DNA of 64,000 nucleotides, taken from assembly GCA_964490075.1 (NCBI GenBank), contig CAZBBK010000011.1, positions 1 through 64,000 of the forward strand. The letters run 5' to 3'. Below are positions 54,012-63,664 of the stretch, piece by piece. The notes below the pieces were generated by a model that saw only the letters and a program-made list of their open reading frames with translations, was not told where the DNA came from and did no database searches. The position numbers were made by a program, and so were the translations under genes. Origin of the DNA: an uncultured Gemmatimonadota bacterium. GTDB lineage: Bacteria > GCA-2686955. Positions within the stretch are counted from its first letter, which is position 1. Each line of letters opens with the position of its first letter.

Positions 54012-54392
54012 CTACTCCTCGTCGTCTTGCAAGGGCCCGAGCACCTGCGTGAGCAACTCCTCGACCTGCGTGAAATGGAAGGGCTTGGCCAGAAAGCCGG
54101 CGGGCTTTTCGTCGCCCAGGTCGACGCTCGATTTCAGGTTCTCGAAGGCCGCGATCAGGACCACCGGCAGCTCCGGTCGGGTGCTGCGCAGCTCGTGCAG
54201 CAGCTCCAGCCCGCTCGGACCGGGCATGACGATGTCGGAGATCACCAGGTCGAAGGGCGCCCGCGCGAGCTCTTGCCGCGCCTCGTCGACGCCGCTCACG
54301 GCGACCGGCTCCAGTCCCAGGATCTCCAGCATGTCGGTGAGCATGCGCAGGATCGACTCCTCGTCGTCGACCACCAGCACTCGCTTCCTCAC
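54012..54392 (-). CDS. Single-domain response regulator
   Basis: LVVDDE, SDIVMP, KPF. Confidence 0.88.
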   Translation of the reverse strand: MRKRVLVVDDEESILRMLTDMLEILGLEPVAVSGVDEARQELARAPFDLVISDIVMPGPSGLELLHELRSTRPELPVVLIAAFENLKSSVDLGDEKPAGFLAKPFHFTQVEELLTQVLGPLQDDEE

Positions 54393-54817
54393 TTCCCTTC
54401 CTCCTGATCTCGTTGGATCGGCAAACGCGCCACGATCCGGGTTCCGCCGGACGCCAGAGGCGTGACCTCGACCTCGGTGGCGATCTGGCGCACGATGAAC
54501 ATGCCGCGCCCGGTGGTGGCGTCGCTCTCGACCGGCAGCTCGCGCCCGGGGTCGTCGTCGAGCCCGCTCCCTTCGTCCTCCACCGCCACCGAAACGCGGT
54601 CGGCGCCGATGGTGATCTCGAGCCGGATCGGTCCGCCCGTGGCGCCCTGATAGCCGTGCAGAACGGCGTTGGTGACCAGCTCGGAGACCACGAGCTGCAC
54701 TCGGTAGGCGCAATCGGGAGGAAGATCGACGGTGTCGAGCAACTCCTGAATGCGATCGTCGGCCGCCCGTGCCGCATCTCGTTCGGCGCGCAGCACGGCG
54801 GTCCAGCGACGGCTCAT
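54389..54817 (-). CDS. RsbW-like anti-sigma factor / HATPase_c kinase (start 54817 or 54847)
   Basis: SELVTNAVLHG, EDEGSG, GRGMFIV. Confidence 0.85.
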   Translation of the reverse strand: MSRRWTAVLRAERDAARAADDRIQELLDTVDLPPDCAYRVQLVVSELVTNAVLHGYQGATGGPIRLEITIGADRVSVAVEDEGSGLDDDPGRELPVESDATTGRGMFIVRQIATEVEVTPLASGGTRIVARLPIQRDQEEGK

Positions 54818-54913
54818 CCGGGACGCTCTCGGTTCGCGCCGCCACATCCTACGATCCGGCGCGAGGCGCGACCGGTCGCGGCCCGGGGCCGTGGCAACGC
54901 GGGCCAGATCGAA

Positions 54914-55801
54914 TCAGAAGGTAACACGCAGGCCCAGGCTCAATGTGATGCCGGAAAGCTCGATGGCGACCGGGTCGCCGGTGGGAGAGATCACCCGCAG
55001 GTCGTCTTGGGCCAGCAGGTAGGCGAAGGAACCGAAGGGCACCTCGCTGAGGTCGCCCTCGTAGAGCTCGTAGTGGGTGAAGCTCTCTTCCAGCGCATCC
55101 TCGATCTCCGGAACGCTGATGCTGCGATAGGTCGCCTCGCCGGCCAGCGAGAGGTGGGAGGTGAAGGAGTACTCGCCGCCGAGCGCCACCTGGTAGCCGA
55201 CCTCGGTGCCGGTCCAGCGCCGATTGCCGGACTGGAAAGGATCGAGCGCGAACTCGATCCCTTGATAAAAGCGATCCTCCTCTTCGACGAAATCGTGGAA
55301 GCTCTCGGAGCGGAGCTCGGTCCCGAAGAAGCCGATGCCGGCGCCTCCATACACGTTCAGATCGACCATGACCGGCAGGTAGTAGTAGCCCGAGACCATG
55401 ATCGGGGCGCTGCGGACCCGCATGGTGCGCTCCAGCGTCATCCCGATGTAGTCGATGGTCTCGCCGAGGCTCACGGGCACGGAGATGTTCTCGTTGACGT
55501 CGAAGGAGAACTCGCTGTAGCCGAGGCTGAGTCCGACCACTAGGTTGTCGGTGAAGCCATAGCGCACGTCGCCCATGTAGGTGACACCGCTCTCGAGCGG
55601 CCCGTACTCCTGGTCGCCCCGCAGATCGACTCCGGAGTGCTCGTTGTAGAAGCTGAAGAAGCTGTTGAGCTCCGAGAAGTCACCCTGCGCTCCACCGCCG
55701 TAAAAGCCGACGCTGTAGCGCCCCCCTACGGACTCCGCGCTGGCGGCTCCTCCGATCAACGCGGCGGCGGTGAGGGCACTGGCGATTCGCCTGGAAAACA
55801 T
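54914..55801 (-). CDS. Outer-membrane beta-barrel protein
   Basis: Signal peptide; YGGAGIG; ends LGLRVTF. Confidence 0.75.
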   Translation of the reverse strand: MFSRRIASALTAAALIGGAASAESVGGRYSVGFYGGGAQGDFSELNSFFSFYNEHSGVDLRGDQEYGPLESGVTYMGDVRYGFTDNLVVGLSLGYSEFSFDVNENISVPVSLGETIDYIGMTLERTMRVRSAPIMVSGYYYLPVMVDLNVYGGAGIGFFGTELRSESFHDFVEEEDRFYQGIEFALDPFQSGNRRWTGTEVGYQVALGGEYSFTSHLSLAGEATYRSISVPEIEDALEESFTHYELYEGDLSEVPFGSFAYLLAQDDLRVISPTGDPVAIELSGITLSLGLRVTF

Positions 55802-55860
55802 GAGGCTCCGCTCCTCTGGACTGGGATGGCGTCGGCTTGGCTGCTCCGGAGACTTGACTC

Positions 55861-55937
55861 TGGTGCCCCTGGGAGGACTCGAACCCCCGGCACAAGGTTT
55901 AGGAAACCTCTGCTCTATCCACCTGAGCTACAGGGGC
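55861..55937 (-). tRNA. tRNA-Arg(CCT)
   Basis: GCCCCTGTAGCTCAG..., anticodon loop TTCCTAA, GTTCGAG, encoded CCA. Confidence 0.95.
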
Positions 55938-56047
55938 GATCAGCGCATGGTTGGTCGGCGGACTATAACGAAGACGCGCGCGCGTTCGCAAGCGGCGTCG
56001 GGCGGGTCCGTCTGATCGGCTCATGCAAGGCCTTGCAGGGCCCTGCC

Positions 56048-56587
56048 CTACTCCCCCGCGTAGCTGACCAGGCTGTCGGCGGGGTGGGCGCCGAGCTTCT
56101 CTCGCCCGGCCAGGAAGGCCAGCTCGATCACGAAGAAGAGCCCGACCAGGTCGGCGCCCATCTCGGTCAAGAGCGACGCGGCGGCGGCGGCGGTGCCTCC
56201 GGTGGCCAGGAGATCGTCGACCAGCGCCACCCGCTCGCCCGCGGCCAGTGCATCGGTGTGGATCTCCAGCGCGTCGCTCCCATACTCCAGCATGTACTCC
56301 GCCCGGCGCGTCTTCCAGGGCAGCTTGCCGGGCTTGCGCAGCGGGATGAAGCCGACGCCCATGCGGTCGGCCAGGGCGGCGCCGAAGATGAAACCGCGCG
56401 ACTCGATGGCCGCGATGTGGTCGATGCCACGCTCCCCGGCCGCCTGCTCGATGCGCGCGCGCAGCGCGCTCAGGGTCGCGGCGAAGGTCTCGGGGTCGGC
56501 GAGGATCGGCGTGATGTCCTTGAAGACGATGCCCGGCTTGGGGAAGTCCGGAACGTCACGGATTCGACTCTGCAGACGCTCGCGCAT
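56048..56587 (-). CDS. apt: Adenine phosphoribosyltransferase
   Basis: PDFPKPGIVFKDIT, ESRGF, VDDLLATGGT. Confidence 0.95.
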   Translation of the reverse strand: MRERLQSRIRDVPDFPKPGIVFKDITPILADPETFAATLSALRARIEQAAGERGIDHIAAIESRGFIFGAALADRMGVGFIPLRKPGKLPWKTRRAEYMLEYGSDALEIHTDALAAGERVALVDDLLATGGTAAAAASLLTEMGADLVGLFFVIELAFLAGREKLGAHPADSLVSYAGE

Positions 56588-56662
56588 CTCATGTCTCCCG
56601 CTCTCGGCACACGGAGGGTGAAAAACGAAACGGTGCGGAACTGCCGCACCGTCTCGGTCGAA

Positions 56663-56739
<77 letters not shown>

Positions 56740-56798
56740 ATGAAACGCGCAGCATAGGTGGCTTCGTTCTCGGGATTCAATGAGAGAATCGCTACCCC

Positions 56799-57416
56799 TC
56801 AATGCGCCAGGGTCTTGAGCACCAAGAAGCCGCCGAAGAGCAGCACCAGGAAGACGATCGAGAGCAGATTGAAGTAGCGGTCGATGAAGGCCCGGATCGG
56901 CTCCCCGAACTTGCGCAAGAGCGCCGCCACCAGGAAGAAGCGCGCCGATCGCGAGAGGGCCGACGCCAGCACGAAGATCGGGAAGTTGATCTGCGCCACG
57001 CCGGCGGTGATGGTGATCACCTTGTAGGGCAGGGGGGTGAATCCGGCCGCGAACACCAGCTTGAAGTTCCAGGCGTCGTAGAGCTCGCTGACGCGGGCGA
57101 AGACCTCCGGGGTGAAGCCCGGCACGTGGGCGAAAAAGAACTGGTCGACCGCCTGCCAGAAGCCGAAGCCGATGCCGTAGCCGACGATCCCCCCCACCAC
57201 CGAGGCCACGCTGCAGACGACGGCGATGCGGATCCATTTGCGGGTCGCGCCCAGCACCAGGGCGATCAGGAGCACATCGGGCGGTATCGGAAAGAAGGAA
57301 GACTCGGCGAACGAGAGCGCCGCCAGCGCGGGCAGCCCGTAGGGGGTCTCCGCCCAGTGCAGCACCCAGTCGTAGAGCCTGCGAGTCAGGCCGCGCTTCT
57401 CGGTGGCTATTTCCAT
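56799..57416 (-). CDS. YqaA/DedA family membrane protein
   Basis: FAESSFFPIPPD, FTPLPYKV. Confidence 0.88.
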   Translation of the reverse strand: MEIATEKRGLTRRLYDWVLHWAETPYGLPALAALSFAESSFFPIPPDVLLIALVLGATRKWIRIAVVCSVASVVGGIVGYGIGFGFWQAVDQFFFAHVPGFTPEVFARVSELYDAWNFKLVFAAGFTPLPYKVITITAGVAQINFPIFVLASALSRSARFFLVAALLRKFGEPIRAFIDRYFNLLSIVFLVLLFGGFLVLKTLAH

Positions 57417-58102
57417 CCATCGGCTCCGATCAGAGGTACGAAACGGCAGGGTTCGTGGATCCTGCTCAGAAGCTCTTCGCCGCGCCGCTCGACCAGCACC
57501 AGCTCCTGGCAGTCGGCCGGCCCGACCGGGCAGACCAACCGTCCGCCTTCGGCCAGTTGCGAGAGCAGGCCCGGCGGCACCTTCGGCGCCCCGGCGGTGA
57601 CCAGAATGCGCTCGAAAGGCGCCGCCTCGCGCCAGCCCACCGCGCCGTCGCCGATCCGAAAGAGCACATTCGAGTAGCCGAGCGACTCCAGCTGCGAGCG
57701 GGCCTGGAGCGCCAGCGACTCCACCATCTCGATGGTGAGCACCCAGGCGGCCAGCTCCGCGCAGATCGCGGTCTGGTAGCCGGAACCGGTTCCGACCTCG
57801 AGCACGCGCGTGCGCGGCCCGGGATCGAGCAGCTCGGTCATGCGTGCCTGCGTGGCCGGACTGGAAATCGTCTGCCCCGACCCGATCGGCAGCGAGCGCA
57901 GATCGTAGGCGGCGTCGGCGAGGCCGGGATCGACGAAGCGATGGCGCGGGACGCGACCGAAGACCTCACGCAAGCGCGGCGTGCGCAACACCTCGCCCTC
58001 GAGCCGAGAGACCATGCGAAGGCGCCGTCCCTCCCAGCCATCGCGTGTTCGTGTGGGCAAAGATCCTCCGTCGGGCCTTGTTGGACTCGGGAAACGTGCC
58101 AC
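57407..58102 (-). CDS. pcm: Protein-L-isoaspartate O-methyltransferase (start uncertain)
   Basis: VPRHRF, GQTIS, LEVGTGSGY, FVPL. Confidence 0.92.
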   Translation of the reverse strand: MARFPSPTRPDGGSLPTRTRDGWEGRRLRMVSRLEGEVLRTPRLREVFGRVPRHRFVDPGLADAAYDLRSLPIGSGQTISSPATQARMTELLDPGPRTRVLEVGTGSGYQTAICAELAAWVLTIEMVESLALQARSQLESLGYSNVLFRIGDGAVGWREAAPFERILVTAGAPKVPPGLLSQLAEGGRLVCPVGPADCQELVLVERRGEELLSRIHEPCRFVPLIGADGWK

Positions 58103-58103
58103 G

Positions 58104-58757
58104 CTACCAGCGCAGGCTTCGCGTCACAAGACGCACGAAGTTCCAGGTATCGCGCAGGTGGCGGATGTGGCTGTGCTGCCCGCGGTAGATGGTCGCGATC
58201 GGCACCGAAGCGATGCGGAAGCCGGCCCGCGCGGCGCGGATCAACAGCTCCGACTCGGTCTGAAAGGCTTCGGTCTCGAGCTCGATCGCGGCCAGCACCT
58301 CGGCACGGATGAAGCGAAACCCGCACTGGCTGTCGGGGATCGGCTGGCCGGTGCGCCAGCTCAAGATGGCCGAGGTCAGGGTGTTGCTGCAGCGCCGATC
58401 GAAGGGCATGGAGCGCCGATTCCGCGTCCCGATCAGCAGCTCGCAGTCGCCGGCTGCCGCGGATTCGAGAAATCGCGGGATCTCGGCCGGATCGTGCTGG
58501 CCGTCGGCGTCGAGTGTGACCACTGCGTCGACCCCGGCCGCGAGAGCCGCCTGGAAAGCGCTGCGCAGCGCCGCCCCCTTGCCGCGATTGACGCCATGGC
58601 GCAGCACCTCGCAGCCGGCCGCGCGGGCGATCTCGGCGCTGCCGTCGGTCGATCCGTCGTCGACCACCAGCACCGGATCGGGGCAGCCGCGCACCACCGA
58701 CGCCAGCGTCGCCGCCGCATCGAAGACGGGGATGATCGTCAACAGACGCACGCGCAC
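58104..58757 (-). CDS. Glycosyltransferase family 2 (DPM-synthase-like)
   Basis: VDDGSTD, NRGKG, DADGQH, DSQCGFR. Confidence 0.9.
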   Translation of the reverse strand: MRVRLLTIIPVFDAAATLASVVRGCPDPVLVVDDGSTDGSAEIARAAGCEVLRHGVNRGKGAALRSAFQAALAAGVDAVVTLDADGQHDPAEIPRFLESAAAGDCELLIGTRNRRSMPFDRRCSNTLTSAILSWRTGQPIPDSQCGFRFIRAEVLAAIELETEAFQTESELLIRAARAGFRIASVPIATIYRGQHSHIRHLRDTWNFVRLVTRSLRW

Positions 58758-58812
58758 GGGCTCCCAGAAAAGAGCCGCCCGACGGACCCTCGGGCCCGCC
58801 GGGCGGCGGAGG

Positions 58813-58889
58813 TGGTCGGGGCGACTGGATTTGAACCAGCGACCACCCGCCCCCCAGACGGGTGCGCTACCGGGCTGCGCTACGCCCCG
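58813..58889 (-). tRNA. tRNA-Pro(GGG)
   Basis: CGGGGCGTAGCGCAG..., loop CTGGGGG, GTTCAAAT, CCA. Confidence 0.95.
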
Positions 58890-58991
58890 AAAGCGGGGAG
58901 GCTAGCGAGCACGGAAGAGCGGCGTCAACGGAAAGCTCGCTCCCTCGCGAGGTCCCGGCGACTTCGCCGGAGCCTTGCGCGCGCCCGCCCC

Positions 58992-59363
58992 CTACTCCGC
59001 CCCCCGCTCCAGCACCCGCGCCAGCCCCGCCACATCCTCTCGGATCGAGTCGAGCACCGCGCGCGCGCTCATCGCTTCGGCCCAGCCCTCGATCTCTTCG
59101 GAGTCGCCGATCTTGGACAGGCGGCGCTTGGCGCCGGCGATGGTGAAGCCTTCCTGGTGCAGCAGGTGGTGGATCAGCATCACCCGCTTCAGGTCGGCGG
59201 GACGGTAGACGCGATTCCCCGAACGGTTCTTGCGCGGGCGCAGGTCCGTGAACTCGGTCTCCCAGAAGCGCAGCACCGAGGGCTTGACGCCGATCATCTT
59301 CGCGGCTTCGCCGATGGTGTAGTACATGCGCTTCTCGGCCCGGGTCGCCTTGGTCGTCTTCAC
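58992..59363 (-). CDS. MerR family transcriptional regulator
   Basis: YYTIGEAA..VLRFWETEF..GNRVY; usual position before tRNA-Pro(GGG). Confidence 0.9.
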   Translation of the reverse strand: MKTTKATRAEKRMYYTIGEAAKMIGVKPSVLRFWETEFTDLRPRKNRSGNRVYRPADLKRVMLIHHLLHQEGFTIAGAKRRLSKIGDSEEIEGWAEAMSARAVLDSIREDVAGLARVLERGAE

Positions 59364-59387
59364 GTCGGATCTCCCCCGTGCATCGAA

Positions 59388-60065
59388 TCAGAGCTCCGTC
59401 GAATCCGCCGGCGGCTGATCCTCGCCGCGGGTGGCGGGCGGTGTTCGTTCGTGGGCCGAACCCGGCTTGTAGCCGAGATCTCGCAGCTCACCCACCAGCG
59501 CGTCGATCGATCCGCCGATCGGCGGCTCCACGCGCAGCACCAGAATGCGTGCCGCCCGATCCGGGCTGGGGACCGTGACCAGGCTCACGATATTGGCGCC
59601 GTGCGAGCGGATCACGCCGGTCAGATCGTGGAGCTGGCCCGGCTCGTCGTCCAGCTCGACGCTGATCCGCACCGCGTGCTCGGCGATTCCCATCATCTGC
59701 AAGAAGACCTTGAAGATGTCGGACTCGGTGATGATCCCGACGATACGCCCGCGCGCCACCACCGGCAGCGCCCGCAGCCGGTCGATGTAGAGGTGGCGCG
59801 CCGCGTCCTCCAGGGCGTCGTCGGGCGCCACGGTGACGACCTCCTGCACCATCACCTCGCGCACCCGGCGCCGCGAAGCGCTCTCGGCCCCGCGGGCCAG
59901 GAAGCGCAGATCCCCTTCGGTGACAATGCCGACCAGCGTCTCGTCGGGTCCGATCACCGGCAGACGCCGCACCCGCTTGCGGTGCATCAGATCGAGGGCG
60001 TGGAGGCACAACGCGTCGGCCTCGATGCACACGGGGTCGGCGGTCATCCGATCGTGCACGCGCAT
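59388..60065 (-). CDS. CBS-CBS-ACT (AcuB-like) protein
   Basis: Two CBS repeats (LPV..GIVTEGD, LPV..GIITESD) plus ACT (DEPGQL..GANI). Confidence 0.85.
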   Translation of the reverse strand: MRVHDRMTADPVCIEADALCLHALDLMHRKRVRRLPVIGPDETLVGIVTEGDLRFLARGAESASRRRVREVMVQEVVTVAPDDALEDAARHLYIDRLRALPVVARGRIVGIITESDIFKVFLQMMGIAEHAVRISVELDDEPGQLHDLTGVIRSHGANIVSLVTVPSPDRAARILVLRVEPPIGGSIDALVGELRDLGYKPGSAHERTPPATRGEDQPPADSTEL

Positions 60066-60281
60066 GGCTGCTTTCCGGCGGTCGTGTGGAGAAGTTCGTG
60101 CCCTGAAGCGGTTTATGCACCCTACCTTTGCGCTCCGCGACTGTCAACGGAGGGCCGGAGCGCGAATCGCTTGACATCGCCGGCCCGGCGCTTTGACTAT
60201 TTCGCGGGCGCGGCCAAGAGTGGTCGCGCGGATTACGGCCGACGGCCGGCCGTGGCACAAGGGCCAGACCGAGGGACTCGC

Positions 60282-60812
60282 ATGGCAACCCCACCAGCCA
60301 CCAAAGGCGCCACCACACCCAAGGCGACGCTCTGGGGGCGACGCGATTTCCTGAGCTTCGCCGGCTGGGGCGCGGTGCTCGGAAGCATCGGCGTCTCCCT
60401 GGCGGCGTTCGGGCGTTTCATGTTCCCGCGGGTGCTCTTCGAGCCCTCGCAGGTGTTCAAGGCCGGCTCGCCCGACGAATACCCGATCGACGAGGTCGGC
60501 ACCGGCTGGGTCGATACCCAGCGGGTCTGGATCGTTCGCGAGGCGAAGGGCTTCTACGCGCTCTTCGCGAAGTGCACCCATCTCGGCTGCACCCCGCGCT
60601 GGCTGGCACCCGAGAACAAGTTCAAATGCCCCTGCCACGGCAGCGGATTCCGCCGCAGCGGGGTCAACTTCGAGGGTCCCGCGCCGCGCCCCCTGGATCG
60701 AATCAAGATCACCCTCTCCGACGACGGTCTCTTGGTCGTCGACAAGTCGGTGAGCTTCCGCTTCGAAAAGGGCGATTGGGACAAACCGGGAGCGTTCCTC
60801 TACTACAGCTGA
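60282..60812 (+). CDS. Rieske iron-sulfur subunit of a Rieske/cytochrome b complex
   Basis: Tat motif RRDFL; CTHLGC and CPCHGS; GPAPRPL. Confidence 0.92.
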   Translation: MATPPATKGATTPKATLWGRRDFLSFAGWGAVLGSIGVSLAAFGRFMFPRVLFEPSQVFKAGSPDEYPIDEVGTGWVDTQRVWIVREAKGFYALFAKCTHLGCTPRWLAPENKFKCPCHGSGFRRSGVNFEGPAPRPLDRIKITLSDDGLLVVDKSVSFRFEKGDWDKPGAFLYYS

Positions 60813-60873
60813 GCCAGCGCGCCAATCCGGAACCGTCACCGGTCCCGGCCCTCGACGAGACGGAGAGCCACCC

Positions 60874-61701
60874 ATGACGCCCCAAACCAAGAAGAAATCG
60901 CCGATCGACTCCTTCGTCGGCTCGCAGCTCTGGCGCTCGATCTTCCGCCACGGCTACACCGACAATACCCGCAACCGCGCACTGGCGGTGCTGAGCAACG
61001 TCTGGCTGCACCTGCATCCGGTGCGCCTGCCCTTGCACGCCGTGCGGGTGCGCTACACCTGGTGCATGGGCGGCATCACCTTCCTGATGTTCCTGATCAC
61101 CGTCGTCACCGGCGTGGTGCTGATGTTCTACTACCGGCCGGTCGGCGAGTACGCCTACGCCGACATCAAGTATCTGCAGCACGACGTGCCCTTCGGCATG
61201 ATCATGCGCAACATGCACCGCTGGGCCGCCCACGCCATGGTGATCGCCGTGTGGCTGCACATGTTCCGGGTCTTTCTCACCGGATCGTACAAGCCTCCGC
61301 GCGAGTTCAACTGGGTGGTCGGCGTGCTGCTCTTGACCTTCACCCTCTTGCTCTCCTTCACCGGCTACCTGTTGCCCTGGGACCAGCTGGCGGTGTGGGC
61401 GGTGACGGTCGGCACCAACATGGCCCGCGCCACGCCGATGCTCGGCCACGAGGGGCCCTTCGCCGAGCTGGTGGGGGCAACCTCGCGCTACGACGCTCGC
61501 GCGGCGCTGATCGGCGGCTCGCTGGTCGGACCTTCCGCCTTGCTGCGCTTCTACGTTCTGCACTGCATCTTCATCCCGATCGTCGCATCCATGCTGATGA
61601 TCCTCCACTTCTGGCGCATCCGCAAAGACGGGGGAATCTCCGGACCGGCGTCGCTGGCAGCGTTGCAGGGCAGTCCGTTGCAGAACAAGAGTCGATCCTG
61701 A
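60874..61701 (+). CDS. Cytochrome b N-terminal (b6-type) subunit
   Basis: WCMGG heme ci motif; [15 protein letters not shown]-x14-H in helix D. Confidence 0.92.
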   Translation: MTPQTKKKSPIDSFVGSQLWRSIFRHGYTDNTRNRALAVLSNVWLHLHPVRLPLHAVRVRYTWCMGGITFLMFLITVVTGVVLMFYYRPVGEYAYADIKYLQHDVPFGMIMRNMHRWAAHAMVIAVWLHMFRVFLTGSYKPPREFNWVVGVLLLTFTLLLSFTGYLLPWDQLAVWAVTVGTNMARATPMLGHEGPFAELVGATSRYDARAALIGGSLVGPSALLRFYVLHCIFIPIVASMLMILHFWRIRKDGGISGPASLAALQGSPLQNKSRS

Positions 61702-61741
61702 CGAGACCCTGGCCGCCGCACCGGCGCGCGGGAGAACGACG

Positions 61742-62569
61742 ATGGCCGCCGACGAGACGATTCAGGAGCCGAAGGCCGCACCTGCCTCCACCAACGGCGC
61801 CTCCGAGGCGGCGCAGCCCGAGGAGCCGCGCCGCAAGGTGCGCGACATTCCGCGCGTTCACACCTGGCCGCATCTGTTGCGCATGGAGCTGCTCTGTGCG
61901 CTGGTGATCATGGTCCTGATGGTGGTCTGGTCGATCGCCATCGACGCGCCGCTCGAGGAGCCGGCCAATCCGACCCTGACTCCCAATCCCTCGAAGGCTC
62001 CCTGGTACTTCCTCGGCCTGCAGGAGATGCTGGTCTACTTCGACCCCTGGATGGCGGGCGTGGTGCTGCCCTCCTTGATCATCGTCGGCCTGATGGCGAT
62101 CCCCTACATCGACGTCAATCCGCGCGGCAACGGCTACTACACCTGGCGCGAGCGCCCCTTCGCCATGGTCAACTTCTTCGTCGGGTTCTGGATCCTGTGG
62201 ATCATGCTGATCATCGAAGGGGTGTTCTTGCGCGGACCCGGATGGAACTTCTTCCTGCCCTGGCAGGAATGGGATCCGCGCAAGGTGGTCGCCCTGACCA
62301 ACGTCGACTTCCACGAGTTCTTCGGACTTCGCAATCCGGTGGTAATCGGCTTGGTGGGCGCCATCCCGATCGCCCTCTACTACGGCCTGGGAGTGCTCTA
62401 CTGGCGGCTCAAGAAGGACAAGAGCCCGGCCCTGAAAGAGCTGGGGTTGCCGCGTTACGCGCTCACCGCCTTCCTCTTCCTGACCATGTGGCTCTTGCCG
62501 ATCAAGATGGTCCTGCGCTACACGCTGAACCTGAAGTACCTCTGGGTCACACCCTGGTTCAACATCTAG
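61742..62569 (+). CDS. Cytochrome b C-terminal (subunit IV-like) membrane protein
   Basis: LEEPANP..TPNPSKAPWYF (PEWY equivalent), PYID. Confidence 0.85.
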   Translation: MAADETIQEPKAAPASTNGASEAAQPEEPRRKVRDIPRVHTWPHLLRMELLCALVIMVLMVVWSIAIDAPLEEPANPTLTPNPSKAPWYFLGLQEMLVYFDPWMAGVVLPSLIIVGLMAIPYIDVNPRGNGYYTWRERPFAMVNFFVGFWILWIMLIIEGVFLRGPGWNFFLPWQEWDPRKVVALTNVDFHEFFGLRNPVVIGLVGAIPIALYYGLGVLYWRLKKDKSPALKELGLPRYALTAFLFLTMWLLPIKMVLRYTLNLKYLWVTPWFNI

Positions 62570-62704
62570 GCCCGCGCTCCCCCTCCGCGGCCCCCACGGC
62601 CCGTCCCGCAACCCTCGGCGCGCCCCCTTCGGGCCTTGAAACGCGGCTTTTCCGGCTCCGCCCCCCCGCTCGCGCCACCGACTCGCGGCTTTCGGCTCTT
62701 TTGT

Positions 62705-62733
62705 TTGACGCGGGCGAGCCGAATCCCTAAAAT
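62705..62733 (+). promoter_or_regulatory. Sigma70 promoter TTGACG-N17-TAAAAT
   Basis: Near-consensus hexamers about 60 bp upstream of ATG 62795. Confidence 0.75.
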
Positions 62734-62794
62734 ACCGGCAGGCGGTCGCCGGGCTGTGCAGCTCGGGCCATAAAACCCAGACAGCACCCACAAG

Positions 62795-63664
62795 ATGGCT
62801 CGAAAAGAGCGAGAGTGGCTGAGCACGGGGCAAGCAGCCGAGCTTTGCTCCGTGACCTCGGACACCGTCCTGAAGTGGATCCGCAAGGGCCACATCTCGG
62901 GGATCCGCACCGCCGGCGGGCATCACCGAATTGCGCGCGCCGAAATCGAGGGACTGCTGCGCTCGCGCTCGGCCGCCGCCAGCACGCCGCAGCCGCCTCC
63001 CGTCGCCGGCCCTTCCTCCCCCCTGCGTTGCTGGGAGTATCTCGGCGGCACCAACGGCGTCCGCGAGGAGTGCACGCACTGCTCGATCTATCACGTGCGC
63101 GCCGGATGGTGCTTCGCGATGGCCGGGATGGGCCTCGACATCGACCATTCCCGCCAACTCTGTGCCAGCTCCTGCCAGGACTGCGTCTACTACCGGCGGG
63201 TCATGAACCTGCCGACCCAGGTGCTGCTGGTCTCACGCGACGACCAGCTCACCCAGTCGCTCTCCGAGGCCACGGTCGAGGGCCTCAGCCTGCGCGTGGC
63301 CGCCAGCGGCTACCAAGCATCCACCACGATTCAGAGCTTTCGTCCGGCGTTCGCGATCGTCGACGAAGCGCTGATCAGGTCCGGGGAAACCGACTTGCTG
63401 CGCCACCTGGCGCGCGACCCACGGCTGTCCGGCCTGAAGATCATCCTCGCGGTTCCGAAGGGACGGACGGAACGGAAGAGGGACCAGACGAGGCCGGAGT
63501 TCCTCGTCAGCAGCATCGAGAAGCCGTTCGAGCTCCGAGAGGTCCAGGAGATCATCGAACGCTTCCCGGTCGAGTCCTTGCAGGCGCCGGACGCCGAGAC
63601 GCCGGTCGCCCTGCATCCAGGAGGCAGTGCCGATGCCGAACCTACCCTCCGAGCCTCTGAATGA
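62795..63664 (+). CDS. Excisionase-type HTH + Cys-rich domain + degenerate receiver-like domain regulator
   Basis: LSTGQAAELCSV..TVLKWI..RTAGGHHRI; CWEY..CTHC..WCF..C..SCQDCVYY; C-terminal VLLVS..IVD..EKPF. Confidence 0.8.
   Translation: MARKEREWLSTGQAAELCSVTSDTVLKWIRKGHISGIRTAGGHHRIARAEIEGLLRSRSAAASTPQPPPVAGPSSPLRCWEYLGGTNGVREECTHCSIYHVRAGWCFAMAGMGLDIDHSRQLCASSCQDCVYYRRVMNLPTQVLLVSRDDQLTQSLSEATVEGLSLRVAASGYQASTTIQSFRPAFAIVDEALIRSGETDLLRHLARDPRLSGLKIILAVPKGRTERKRDQTRPEFLVSSIEKPFELREVQEIIERFPVESLQAPDAETPVALHPGGSADAEPTLRASE

Noticed and set aside
49960-55872. Genomic island integrated at the tRNA-Arg 3' end
   Set aside because: Only a short TGGTGCCC match at 49960, which could arise by chance; no integrase.
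60171-60200. Promoter at TTGACA upstream of the Rieske gene
   Set aside because: Perfect -35 but no convincing -10 at 16-18 bp; left uncalled.
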